Positions 13,757 through 26,822 of a stretch of DNA of 64,000 nucleotides are shown piece after piece (positions within the stretch are counted from its first letter, which is position 1; the number at the start of each line of letters is the position of its first letter). A model generated the notes under the pieces. That model saw nothing but the letters and a program-made list of their open reading frames with translations, was not told where the DNA came from and ran no database searches. Source of the stretch: Octopus sinensis (Eukaryota); NCBI RefSeq assembly GCF_006345805.1, contig NC_043011.1, positions 67,220,464 through 67,284,463 of the forward strand, written 5' to 3'. The position numbers and the translations under genes are program-made.

Positions 13757-14210
13757 ATTAGGTTGTCACACAAATTAATTCAGTTTTTTTCCAACGCTAT
13801 TTGAATTAACAAGAACAATATTTGTGTCGCACTGCTTCAGAGAACACTTCATTCCTCTACAATTTCTGTTTGTTGATTTTGACATTTGAATAAATTTGAC
13901 TTTTTAAAGACATAAGACGATAGAGTGCCAAGTGGAGAAAATGGGCATTTTTGATACCTGTCTCTCTTCGCTTTCAACCAATGTTCCACAGCTGTTAAAG
14001 CCGCCGGAGACATTAGTAATGTGTACGGAGAAGGAGGCATTACTGGTAAAATTGCACATACATGCGCTTCTCGCTTCAAGGATGGAAGGAAGATGTGACC
14101 TTACTGTCGACCTGTCCACTTCATTTAAGGAGCAATCATTTAAGGTGGCCAATCATGGAAATTTTGTCCAAGGATCCAAGAGTTGTTGAAAAGTGTTGAT
14201 TTTCATAAAT
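13757..14210 (+). mobile_element. Mariner transposon 5' remnant
   Basis: TIR-like TATTAGGTTGTC at about 13757. Translation AFNQCSTAVKAAGDISNVYGEGGITGKIAHTCASRFKDG resembles the mariner N-terminal HTH. Confidence 0.7.
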
Positions 14211-14971
14211 TTGTAAAAGGACTTCATCAATAAACCACCTCTGATACGTCACCTGCTTTCCAAGTCTTATTTTAACTCAGTTTCTGCCAAATGTTATGTT
14301 TTTGGACCAAAATATCCAATACAGAAATTCGACCCCAGACAGATTTGTTGAAAATTTAGAGGAATTTTCATAAATTTCTAACATACTTGTATCAAAACCT
14401 TTCAAATTAGCCCTCACTTCCTGTTCAAGTGTCTTTTTTTAAAAAACAAAAAGATATGTCGGATTTTGTCCTTTCCGACCATAATGCCCAAATATGGTAA
14501 TTCGGTCCTAGTCACCCAGAATTTTCAGAAATCTTAGAGTTTCAGAAATTTCCAGAGTCTTCACTCTCTCTCTATTATCTGAATATCTGCTCACCTGGAT
14601 TCCTCTTATAGCCATTTTATACCACGCAGATTTGATTAAATTTGGTTAGATTTGGTCCTCGTTAAAAGTTTCGGATTAGAAGTTCAAATTATTTGAGTGG
14701 TACTAAGTGTTCTCTATGAGAATATCTGGATCTCATTTGTTGCCTATATATATATATATAATGTGTGTGTGTGTGTATGTGTGTGTGTGTTGCCTGTATA
14801 TATATATATATTATATATATATATATATATATAATTATGTATATATACATACTTATATATATATATGTATATATACCTATATACATATATGTATGTTATA
14901 TATGTACATATATACATACATATATATATATCATATATATACACATATACATACATACACAATGATATAAA

Positions 14972-15290
14972 GTGATTCCCATACGGAGGATCCTGGAAAT
15001 TCGAACTCCCAACTTTGTAATTAAAAGCTACACCAGCCAACGAACTGGGCGGCACTGCGTAATTCCAGAGATCCTGTCATCTACATCATGGATAAGGACC
15101 CAGTACTGTAATAGGTTGTGTTTCAGGGGACCACGATTGTTTAACAACCAACCAAACAATGTTAGAGATTTACGAGGTATACATGTGAAGCACAAAGCAC
15201 AGCAACTCTGGCCTAACTCTCTTCTTCATCAAACGCTTTACAGAAAGGACACCCGAACACACCGAAAGTCGACAGACTAGAATGGCTCCA
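14972..15290 (+). mobile_element. CR1/L2-like LINE ORF2 C-terminal fragment
   Basis: ILEIRTPNFVIKSYTSQRTGRHCVIP..RTQYCNRLCFRGPRLFNNQPNNVRDL matches the GRxC..GPxLFNxLP pattern of CR1-group C-termini. Confidence 0.65.
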
Positions 15291-15884
15291 GTCTTTCGCT
15301 GAAGCCAGTGACAGATAAAACGTAAAACATATCTAGTTGTTGAGTGCATCGTATTTTGATTCTACTAAACTGCTTATGGAAATTTTACTTAACCACAAGC
15401 TACTGCCGCTGCAAATTCTCATCCCTGTATGTCCCTTTCTAACGTTTTTACCATAACCTTTCCTGCGTCTACAAAGTAAATAACAGTAAACCACACTCGA
15501 TTACTAGTTCTCATCTACTGCGAGAATGTCCTATAGTGTTTCATTCAAACAATTTTTTTATTGAACATTTCTAAAATAATTCTTCTAAAAACCAGCAAAT
15601 TTAGAATTCCCGTCATTCCGTTATATTTACCAGCGAGCATGAACCAACTGCACATGATACAGAAAGTGAAGCATTAAGAACGCTCCAGTCTCTCAAAGGC
15701 TGCATATATTAAGAACAAAGTTCCATTCTCCTCTGTTAAACTGTTGAAACAAATTCCAACAAAACTGACAACCTGTTGTGAGTGCTGAACGGTTCCACGT
15801 ATAAAATATTATTATGTAGCTATTTGTATATCTCTGAAGTAATTCACACACTTGCATATCCCTCTGCCTACGTACATACACACA

Positions 15885-15931
<47 letters not shown>

Positions 15932-16049
15932 TACACGCCTGTGTAAATATGTAAAGCATGTGTATATGTATACATACATAGAAAATATGTATGTATGTAT
16001 GTATATATATGTATATATATATTATATATATATATATTATATTATATAT

Positions 16050-16080
<31 letters not shown>

Positions 16081-16249
16081 GGAGAGAGAGAAAGCACTAT
16101 AACAATAGTCTGGGATTATAAATTCAATTTTTGCATTAATATTAAATTTCTTTCATACACAACACAACACACGTACACAGCGACACGCGTGCAGGCACAA
16201 AATCTGAATATTCATAAATACATACACACATACACCACACACACACATA

Positions 16250-16264
16250 TATATATATAATATA

Positions 16265-16303
<39 letters not shown>

Positions 16304-16314
16304 ATATATAATAT

Positions 16315-16360
<46 letters not shown>

Positions 16361-16462
16361 AATATATAAATATATAATATATATATATATAATAATTTAG
16401 ATAATATATATATATAATATATAATAATATATATATATAATATATTTATATATATATTATTA

Positions 16463-16494
<32 letters not shown>

Positions 16495-16497
16495 CAT

Positions 16498-16530
<33 letters not shown>

Positions 16531-16735
16531 CTATATATATATATATATATAATATATATAATATATATATATATATATATAATATATATATATATATAAT
16601 ATAATATAATAATATATAATATATATATATATAAAATATATATATAATATATATATAGATATATATATATATAAATTATAGAATATATATATATATATAT
16701 TATAATATATAATATTATATATATATATGTATGTA
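16250..16735. repeat. Long interrupted (TA)n tract, almost no G or C
   Basis: Read directly from the sequence. Confidence 0.97.
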
Positions 16736-17214
16736 TGTATGTATATGTTATATACACACATTGTCCTATTGCAAACATACTTGCCGACCACACGACACCC
16801 ACCCACTTCAAGTATGTTTGCAATATTAGCATAGAAACTTATCTTGCCACTGGCCACACAAACAGCATGTGTCCACAAAATAAACAGTACTAACTACATT
16901 TAGAACATTATCTGCAAGCTATATTGTTCAAATAAATTGTAAAATGTTTTGGAGAGACACACGCACACGCACACACACAGCGGGGGGGGGGGGTAGAACG
17001 ACAATGAATTGTACTGCGTCACATAAACATGCTCTGCTGATAACGATTATCTCTGTCACTGAAAAGATTTCCCCCATGATCTGCTTTGTTGTTTGTACAC
17101 ATATACACGTGCACACAGATACTCTTTATACACACATACATATATATGTATAGATATGTATACATACATATGTATGTTTATATATATAAATACACACACA
17201 TATATACATCTATA

Positions 17215-17284
<70 letters not shown>

Positions 17285-18066
17285 CATAAATATTGGTGTG
17301 TTTGTACTATTGTCTTCATTCAATGATATCGTCTGAAATTTGTAAAATTAACACAGAAGTCAAAAACGGATAACTTGATGCATATATTGTTTGTTGGAGT
17401 TGTGTTCAATATCGGAAAATAATGCTTTTCTTTAAATTTGAAAACTAGAGACGTGGAGGAGCGTTGTAGGTAATCACATATTCGATTTAGTTCTGCAAGG
17501 TTAGCGGTTATGGTCTGGCTTCGCTTTAGTGTGTTTCGAAACTTAATGACGGATGTAAATGTTATTCGAACGCTAATGCTTTCCAAAACTGCATAACACA
17601 TCATGTTATTATGAACAGCCATTATTTATTATCGTCTGATAGCATAGTTGTCATTATGAGTGCAACATAATAGTACAGCAACCACTTTAGATCGAACAGG
17701 ATACATGCCAACCGAGATGGGTGCTGACTCTCCATCAATTATATGTAAGTTTTATGTCGATATCATCAAGTATAGGTTGGCATATCGCTGACAGCAGATA
17801 AACTATTTGATATTTAAAATCTGATGGACAAAGCAATTTATTCCATTTTATGATAGAACTAGTATTCTAAAGGGAAATTTGCCGTAACATTCTAGTTTAT
17901 ATTTCAACATCTTGTGCTGCGCCACAATGAAATTTTATAGCAATATATTATGTTCCAATTATGTCTGTCTATATACGTATAAGAATAACAGTATATTAAT
18001 ATGTGTGTGTATGTATGTATATAATTATATATATATATATATATATGCATATATATACATACATAC

Positions 18067-18100
<34 letters not shown>

Positions 18101-18129
18101 ATATGTGTGTGTGTGTGTATATGTATTTG

Positions 18130-18300
18130 TCATTGCGCTTGATAACCGGTGTTGTGTTAGTTTCCTTCCCTGTAAGTTAGCAATTCATTAAAAGCATTGA
18201 AAAACAGTCAAGTACTGTGGTCAATTTGTTCGGTTGAATCCTTCAAGGTGGTACTTGAGCATGGCCGCAGTCCAGATACTAAAGGACGTAAAAATAAAGA
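18130..18300 (+). mobile_element. Diverged SINE family A 3' half
   Basis: ...GGTGGTACTTGAGCATGGCCGCAGTCCAGATACTAAAGGACGTAAAA matches the family A tail. Confidence 0.7.
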
Positions 18301-18399
18301 CAGTCAGATAGATAAGCAAACAGGCAGAAACACAGATAGACTGAGGAAATAACCACATGAGAGCAAAATGCTCTCACTCTTTCTTTTTTACGATTTCTT

Positions 18400-21300
18400 T
18401 TTCGCGACTCGCACGCACCATCTTTGCAACATTCACCCATCTTTTTTTTAATCTTTCGCGAGACAAAACTTCCCTCTCCATTCTCACCTTCCTTTTCAAG
18501 TGGTACTTGAAAAAGTTGATGAGCGATTGGCCAGAGAGGTAAGTGTTTGTCTCTAATCCTTTCGCTCAGGTCCACCACACACATTCTTTCACCATGGCCA
18601 CCAGTACGATGAAAACTGCCTTGCCTTCCCGGTTGAGGGAAGGGGGCGGAGCAACTTTCACGATAGACTCGGCCGATAGGTGGACTCGTCCCACGCGTAA
18701 CAGCAGCCGTTCGGCATAAGCCCACAGGTCTGAAATGGTTGAACACTGCACGAGTGCGTGCAGAACGGTTTCGTCGCTCTGACCGCATCTCGGGCAAGTC
18801 GGTCCAGTGTGTCTGGATCCGTGTCTGTAGAGCTTATCCCGAACAGGTAATGCTTCTCCATAGCACTGCCAGGCCAGGGATCTTTGGTGATTGTTCATAG
18901 GTCCCGGCCCGAAAGTTGTCCTGAACAGGCGAGTCAGGTGTTCCTCGTCGACGCCCAGACTCTGCCCGAGTTCGTTGTCGCACCTCCCCTCCACTAATCC
19001 TCTATAGAATGCCTTTGTTGTGATGGAGTCGCACAAGTTCGATCCCGGACGGCAGAGTTGCTTGAGAGCAACGCGACACTCGCGGTGCAATTTTCCTAGC
19101 TTGATCTATGACTGTAGTTCGTCCAAGGAGACGAGCTGCGGGAAAGCGCGCCGCACAAAAAGCGACCACACCTGTTCACCGTCGTCTATGAAGCGCCGGA
19201 GATGTCGCAGTCTCAGCGCATGTCTGCGCATCATCAACCACGGCACGCCCAGCCCTCCATTTAGCGGGTGTTGACAGCAAATGGATCGCCTAACCATCGG
19301 AACGTTTCCCTTCCGCAGGAAGCGGAAGAGTATACGTTCCAGTTTGGTGATGGTAGGGTCGGGACAAGGCACGACGGTCAAACGATACTCGATGACGGAT
19401 GCGATGTACGCGTTCGCCACCTCCGCCCGACCTTTTAGGTATAGCTTTCTCTCAGCCCATTTCTCGGTGAGAGTAGCCACCCTAGTCGTTATCTCGCCCC
19501 AGTTCTTCTCCATTTGGAGGTCCGGACCGAACCAGACCCCGAGCAATTTAACCGGTCCGTCCGTCCAGCGTCCCACGATGGAGACGCTGTTGGACGGCAT
19601 GGGCCTGCTTCTCCAGGTGCCGAGCCGCAAGCCCACTGACTTTTCCCGGTTAATTTTTGCTCCCGTTACCGCTTCGTATTCTTTTAGTGTCTCGCCGACC
19701 AGCTCGATGTGCTGGTAGCTCGACACTATAACGGTGACGTCATCCGCGTATGCAGACACGCTCCTCCCGCATCCCAGCTCTCGTGGAATGCCCCTCAGCG
19801 TCGCCAGTTTCCGCAATAGTGGCTCAAGAGTCAATACATACAGCAGCGATGAGAGGGAGCATCCCTGACGAACCGAACGCATTATGTTAAAAGGTCTGGA
19901 TAGATGACCATTTACGCGAACTACTTAGCGGATGCCGCTGTATAAGGCAGCGATCCAACCGCGGAAAACTGGACCGAAACCAGCCGCTTTAAGGACAGCC
20001 TCCAAGTAGTGATTGTCTACCCTATCGAAAGCTTTTGATTGATCCAAATTGATCAGCGCCCCACCCATGCCAGGATTCTTGACTACCCTGTCTATGATGT
20101 AGAGCATCAGATGGAGGTTGTCATGAATACTTCTACCCGGCACGGCGCATGTTTGCGCCTTGTCGATTAGTTTCTTGATGACAAGCGCCAACCTCTCGGC
20201 TAACAACTTGGCCAAAATTTTCAAATCTGCGTTGAGCAGAGTGATGGGCCTGTAATTATCTATGACGTCCCCCTTGTTTGGGTCTTTCTTAATCAGTGCC
20301 ACTGCTCCTCGCTTTACCAAAGCAGGAATACTCCCGTTTTGCTGCTAGTTGCAGTAGAGAGCTGCCAAGACGCCTCCAAATAAGTCTGGCATATGACAAT
20401 AAAGTTCGTAGGGCAGACCATCCAAGCCTGGTGACTTGTCTCTCGCGCAGCCCTCTATCGCATCCTGTACGTTCGCAGCTGTGATAGGCCTTTCACAAGA
20501 CTCCACCTCTCTTGCTGAGAGTCGTGGCAAGGCATGCAGGTAGTCACTAAAGTCTACTCTGCGTTCTGACCCACCACTTCTCCCAAACAGTTGGGTGAAG
20601 TGTTGTTGAAAAGCCCCACACATCCTTTTAGGCTCGAGCAATTCGCGCCCCTGTTCATCTATAAGAGACTTGATGGTGGCTCTGTTGCCTCGTTGCGTCT
20701 CCACCACTCGGGCCTCTTGGGCGGCTCCAACTCCTTCGTTTCTCAGGGCACGCATCCTAGCTCTGACAACGCATCCCTCGAGTTTGGCGTTGAGTTGTTG
20801 GTCGAGGGCCAATCTCGCCGTCAGTACGTTGGACGCGATGCCAGTTCTAAGCGTCTCTTCTAAAACCTTAACTAATTCTCCCTCTATTTTATTTCGGTCT
20901 AATGTTAGGGCTTTACTGTATCTGACTGATTCTGCTTTAATTGCTTTTTTTAGCGCATACCACCATCTGTTGTTGATGATGGTACCCGTCAAAGCTCTCT
21001 TAACTAATGTGCTGATCCGGTCCCTGTAAACCTGTCGTGCTGTAAAAGACGCGTTCAGTTTCCAGTAACCAGGACCCTGCCTATGTGTCTTATCTAAGTC
21101 AAGTGTACAAGTCACAAACTTGTGATCTGTGTAACTGACTATATGAAATTGTGGACAACCTACACTATTTTTATCTATTGTCCTACAGAATACTCTATCT
21201 AAGTATGATGTGGACGACCCGATGCGCTTACTCCATGTCCACATTGGCACATTCGGGTGGTCCAGTCGGTACTTGTCAGACAGTTGGAAACGTCTGAGCA

Positions 21301-21470
21301 GGTCTTTGAGGCATTTGCATCGCCTTCTATTGCTATCTCTGCCCACGTAGTCTAGATGCGTGTCCAGGGTGGCATCCCAATCCCCCACTAAAAGTAAAGG
21401 ACGAGACGTTCCTATGAAAGACTCTAGACGTCGAAAGAAATCTGGTCGGCCTGTTAAGGACGGAGCATAA
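18400..21470 (-). mobile_element. Tx1/L1-clade LINE ORF2 (APE endonuclease, RT, zinc-binding C-terminus), 5'-truncated and frameshifted
   Basis: IYAP..LLVGDWDA..SYLDRVF..TDHK..GPGYWKLN (APE); KSPGLDGLPYELY, NYRPITLLNADLKILAK, DQSKAFDRV, VRQGCSLS, AYADDV (RT); CPRCGQSDETVLHALVQC (C-terminal). Confidence 0.93.
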
Positions 21471-22345
21471 ATTTGTTGTTGTTTTGTTGTTGTTGCTGGT
21501 GGTGATGTTGTTGTTGGTGGTGATGTTGTTGTTGGCTGCAGTTGGTAAAATTGGTGTATTTGGTGTCTGATGTTTGATTGTGCAAGTAGGAAGGGGTGGA
21601 AAATTACTTGCATAATTTGTTCCTGGGTTTGAGCAGCTTTCGTCAATTTGTTTGGTGGTCACAGTCTTTTGTTTATCTCCTTCAGTTCTTGGTGTTGGAG
21701 GAAACAAGGTCTGAACGGAATTGTTGTTGTTGTTATTGTTGTTTTTGTTGGTGGTGTTGGCGGTGGTGTCAGTGGCAGAAGAGACAGCCGTGGCAGCAGA
21801 TATCGAAATGGTGGCGCAATTGTTGTTATTCTTGTTCTCATTGTTATTGTTTTTGTTATAGTTGAGGTAGTGGATGAGGTGGTGGTGGTGGTGGTGGTGG
21901 TGGTGGTGGTGGTGGTGGATGTGGTGGTGGTAGCAGTAGTAGTCTCGTTGTTGTTGTTGTTAGTGGTGGTAGTGGTGACAGGGCTGTAACCGCAAGTGGT
22001 TGCAGCGTTCACCACCACGTCACTCAGGTTTGTCTTTGTCGAATGTGTGTGTGTGCATAAGTTCTTTTTTTCTCCTAGCGTTTCAAGTCTAGGAAAATCC
22101 TGGTCCATAAAGGAATTCGACCAGCGTTCTACAATAACATTTCTCGACATTTTTTAATGTCGAGAAGAAAAATACGCAAATTAAATAGGGTTGAAACTGC
22201 CCCTAGGGGCGAATTCCTCCCTTGGAAAAGCACTCAAACGAAAGTTGGGTGCCTTACACACCTTATTTACAAAAATGTACACAAAATATGGGCTATAAAT
22301 AATCAAAATAAACGATTACTTTCGGAGCCGAAGTGACAGCACGTC
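21471..22345 (-). other. Unclassified segment: low-complexity (CAA/CAC)n ORF plus an upstream leader, abutting (GATA)n
   Basis: ORF 22150..21659 starts MSRNVIVERWSNSFMDQDFPRLE and then becomes Thr-rich. About 190 bp of non-repetitive leader with the palindrome GCCCCTAGGGGC. Joined directly to the middle of the Tx1 endonuclease. Confidence 0.4.
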
Positions 22346-22347
22346 CG

Positions 22348-22391
<44 letters not shown>

Positions 22392-22439
22392 GACCACAGT
22401 TGGGAGCAACATTCCAGACAACGGAGAGCAAAAGTCTAT

Positions 22440-22545
22440 CCGCCGCTTTTGCTGAACCGTTAAGTTTCAGGGACACAAACACACAAGCTTCAGTTGTCAA
22501 GCAATAGTGGCGGATCAAAAACAAAAACAAATCTACACCCACCCC

Positions 22546-22616
<71 letters not shown>

Positions 22617-22787
22617 CATGTATCTATCTATCTATCTATATATATACACGACGGGCTTCTTCCAATTTCAGCCTACCAAATCTACTCACAAGACTTTGGT
22701 CGATACTAGACTATAGTAGCAGGCAATAGTTTAAGGTGCTACGCAGTGGAACTGAACCCTAAACCATGTGGTTGGGAAGCAAGCTTC
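22440..22787 (-). mobile_element. SINE family A, cut within its tRNA head
   Basis: Body, internal microsatellite, then ...ACTGAACCCTAAACCATGTGGTTGGGAAGCAAGCTTC. The expected ACCACACAGCC is replaced by a retroelement 3' end. Confidence 0.85.
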
Positions 22788-23520
22788 TTTATCTGATTAC
22801 ATTTGTCATAAAGACATAATACAGATAGAAGCTTTCGGGCTGGACACAGACACAATCATGATAAGGAAATGAAAAAAGAGATGGTTGGTGGGAGAAGCAG
22901 CCAACTACCGCCGATTGTTACTTCCCAATAACTTTGTTGCTTTTTAAAACAAATGAGGTATTGAACCTCTTACAACAGTTACAAATTGAGGCGCTGAGCC
23001 ATTTACCAATAAAAAAAAATTTAGCAAATATATTCAACTTGAGGCGCTAAGCTTCTTAACAAAATCACCAAGTTCAAATCGTGGCACTAAGACCTCTTAT
23101 TCTGCCTCCCCGATTAAGTCTCTTGCCGCCTGCAGTCACAATCCCCACCCCCCATAAGAGATAATTGTACTTATCCTTGGTAAAGGAATCCATCACCCTG
23201 TAGAAATAATTTTCCGCCATGACCTCCGCAGCCACCTGCGGAGTCTAATCCGGGCTTTCAATGGAGATCAGGACCGCCTGTTCCCGACCTTCCAGATTCC
23301 TCACAAAGTTCTCCCTTAAGAAAGAAGATCACAAATTCCTCATTTATTATATTGGGAGGGGATAACAGTTTCCTCCGTCGGTGGCACAAATTCCCACCGA
23401 CGAGGTTTCGGGACATGCCGGCAGTGTACTAATAACCGCCAGCACTGTCCCTTTTTTTTCTATTTTCATCCCTGTTTTTGATACGGGAGGAGGTGGTTCC
23501 TTCGCTGTAACCGGAGAAAC
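22788..23520 (-). mobile_element. 5'-truncated ORF1-only retroelement (relative of 29016..31249)
   Basis: 3' UTR aligns with 29016..29230 (CATTTG.CATAAAG, AGCTTT.CGGGCTGGAC, GAGGTATT.AACCTCTTACAA). The ORF1 C-terminal remnant (CPETSSVG..VPPTEE, PQVAAEVMA) matches CPGTTSVGVVPPTRE and PQVAVEAVA. Confidence 0.85.
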
Positions 23521-24699
23521 ACATATCTACCTAACAATATACAGCGAACGCTGTTTATTGGATTAGGAAGATAATTTCCAAACTATAACCCAAGCTTTGA
23601 CCATGGAAAACACAACACCGTCTTAAAATATGGAAACGATATACATTAGGGAATAAAGTTTTTGTCTCTCATCAAAACAAAAGTCCAAATTGATCGACGT
23701 GACACTGAAGCGAGGCAAAGAAGCAGTTTAGCAATAGTGATGCATTTGCTGTTCACTTCAATGTTTGATATTATATTTGTTAATAGTTACATATATGAGT
23801 GAGATTTGGCTGCTAACTCTAGTAATTTGAGACAGGCTTCTGACTTTTCCAGTAAGTGTCCGTACATATCAAGTTCCATTAATTTCCAAAAGCTATTTTT
23901 TCAAATTATTTCCTTTGTCATTTTTCAATGCAATTTATTTTGATCGATTTCAATGAACATTATGTAGCGGCGGCTTGTTTGAGAAATGTTCGCAATGTTA
24001 ATAAAACCAATCAGCTATTCCTGAAATTATTTTTTATGGCCTATTAAAGCGATGATTTCTCTTTGTGATATCCACATTGCATTAACGTAAAATATGTGCG
24101 CATTACTCAGCTTGTTCAAGGGTAGATATAGTACATCCCTTTATTACCTGTTTTTTTTTTGTCATTGTACTTTTATCTTCGGTTATAACTGATTCGTTTA
24201 TCACTGATCCAGTACTGTACGCTTTCGCGATTAGCCAAAGATTCTGCTTTAACTGCGAAACAAACCCCAGCCATCGACATCCACAACTCTCATAACAAAT
24301 TGTTGTCTCGGAAAGAAACTTATTTTCTCCATATGTTCAATTATCAGTTCATCATTGATTAACATGGTGCTTCGTAGGGACCAAACACAAGTGATAAACG
24401 ACCATGGGTGGAAATCACTACTTCTCTTATATAGCCCTATTTCAACCTACGAGGAACCTATGAACAAATCAAGATGTGAATGTCAGTTCACTTATTTTTC
24501 CATTTCTCTCCGATTCGCTATTTCTTAGCTCGTCTTTTCCCCTTTTTTTTTTATCTCCTAAGACTTCTTTTTCCTACCTTTTTATCTCCTGGCTCTTTTA
24601 TTCCCCTGTTTTCTTCCCTCTCTATTTCTTCTATTGTACGTATTGGTCCCAGTCCAGCGTCACATGGAAACATTTTATTCCGTAACCATGACATAAGAA

Positions 24700-24860
24700 C
24701 AGATATCACACCCCTTTTTCTTTTACTGAGTCATATGTCGGTCCGTTGCAGGGTTATTCATTTGCAGCCGAGTTAACTGGAGCAAACTGAAATGAATTCC
24801 TTTGATCTAGAACACTATACCCTGTCCAGTCTGGGAATCGAAATAATATCATCGTGATCC
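24700..24860 (-). mobile_element. Diverged SINE family C
   Basis: CAGCCGAGTTAACTGGAGCAAA..GAAATGAA..GGGAATCGAA matches the copy at 45133..45463. Confidence 0.65.
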
Positions 24861-25221
24861 TGATTGCACCATCCTCATCTCTAGGTCATCTCCCTTTATC
24901 CCATTTATTTCCGCAGCTTTTTTACCTCGTATATTATTTCTAAGTTAGGTATAAACCAACCATTTAAAGGTAAGAAAGTACATCGATTAAACTGATATCT
25001 GTACTTCACTAGTATATTATTCCATCGAATCTTGAAGAACGCAAAGAGACACTGCATTTAGCGTGATTTCAAAATAAGAACGTAAGGAGCCAGAATTATT
25101 GTTATATAATTTTATGGCTGGCGCGCAACTGATTCTGCCAAGGGATGGCGCTGTTAGTTAACCATCATCGTTTATATGGAGACGTATTCAATTATATTTT
25201 TATTAATTTCTCGTACAATTT

Positions 25222-26531
25222 TTATGATCTAATCCATAATATTTCAATTCTGTGACGGAGTATCGGCTAATTTAATTAATTAAAACGGGTAATTGTGGCT
25301 CATTTAGATGAAAGAAAATTGCTTTAAAAACCGATTTGTATTAATTTCTCTCGTATTCCCCATCTCATTCACTCTCTCTATGTGCATGTATATGTGACTA
25401 TGCGTATCTATGCGTATGTGTGTGTTTGTTTCTGTGTGTGTATATTATCGTATCACTATGTAGACCAGAATATCGAATAGTGTTATACACCACTTGTCAC
25501 TATACATGCGCATTGTTGAAGCTGTTGAATAATATCACATGCTTACTAATGAGGTTGGTCAAAATGCATATATACATATTTATATATTCTTTTATCCTTT
25601 TACTTGTTTCAGTCATTTGACTGCGGCCATGCTGGATCACCGCCATTAGTTTAACACATCTACCCCCCAAACTTATTCCTTGTAACCCTAAACACTTATT
25701 TTATCGGTCATTTTTCTGAACCGCTAACTTACGGAGACGTAAACACACCACATCAGTTGTCAATCGATGGTGGGGGACAAACACAGACACACAAGCATAT
25801 ATATATTATATATATAATATATAAATATATATATATATATAGATATATATATTATATATTATATATATATATAATATATATGTATAAATATATATATGTA
25901 TAAATATATATATATGTATAAATATATATATATATATAAAATATTATTGAGACAAAACCACTATTTTGCAAAAACAAACAAGGAAAGACTTAATCAATAC
26001 ATAAAATTTAATAAATAGTCAAAAAAATTTAATAAATAGTCAAAAAAACCGCCACTACAATCGTTTCTTGTCTTGATCGACAATCTTCAGGTGGACTTCC
26101 AATAATTCAGTTACAAATTATGATCTAATCCATAATATTTCAATTCTGTGACGGAGTATCGGCTAATTTAATTAATTAAAACGGGTAATTGTGGCTCATT
26201 TAGATGAAAGAAAATTGCTTTAAAAACCGATTTGTATTAATTTCTCTCGTATTCCCCATCTCATTCACTCTCTCTATGTGCATGTATATGTGACTATGCG
26301 TATCTATGCGTATGTGTGTGTTTGTTTCTGTGTGTGTATATTATCGTATCACTATGTAGACCAGAATATCGAATAGTGTTATACACCACTTGTCACTATA
26401 CATGCGCATTGTTGAAGCTGTTGAATAATATCACATGCTTACTAATGAGGTTGGTCAAAATGGCATATTACATATTTATATATTCTTTTATCCTTTTACG
26501 TGGTTCAGTCATTGACTGCGGCCACGCTGGA
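25222..26531. repeat. About 410-bp direct duplication (25222..25637 and 26118..26531)
   Basis: Near-identical text from TTATGATCTAATCCATAATATTTC to GACTGCGGCCA(T/C)GCTGGA, offset 896 bp. Confidence 0.95.
26052..26094 (-). ncRNA. Minimal type I hammerhead ribozyme motif (family a), inverted copy
   Basis: Reverse complement of 26563..26605. Confidence 0.8.
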
Positions 26532-26562
26532 TTAGATCATAATGTAACTGAATTATGGAAGT

Positions 26563-26605
26563 CCACCTGAAGATTGTCGATCAAGACAAGAAACGATTGT
26601 AGTGG
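26563..26605 (+). ncRNA. Minimal type I hammerhead ribozyme motif (family a)
   Basis: CCAC-CTGAAGA-TTGTC(GATCAA)GACAA-GAAA-C(GATT)G-TA^-GTGG: 4-bp stem I, 5-bp stem II, minimal stem III. Confidence 0.8.
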
Positions 26606-26781
26606 CGGGTTTTTTTGTTGGATATTTATTAAATTTTATGTATTGATTAAGTCTTTCCTTGTTTGTTTTGCAAATAGTGGTTTTGTCTCAAATAATATTT
26701 ATAATATTTTACTATTAAAATTGGATTAATCCTAAATCTGATTTTTTTTCCCGTAAATTTGGATATATTCCTAATATTTAT

Positions 26782-26822
<41 letters not shown>

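Noticed and set aside
17691-17750. Possible 54-nt exon between TTTAG and GTAAGT
   Set aside because: Weak polypyrimidine tract, no recognisable domain and no partner exons. Would need RNA-seq.
20345-21646. 433-aa ORF as an intact fusion protein
   Set aside because: Non-ATG start and chance in-frame read-through into a truncated endonuclease. ORF2 is broken further downstream.
21659-22150. Mucin-like Thr-rich ORF as a host gene
   Set aside because: It is encoded by CAC/CAA triplet repeats among retroelements, with no signal peptide or splice structure.
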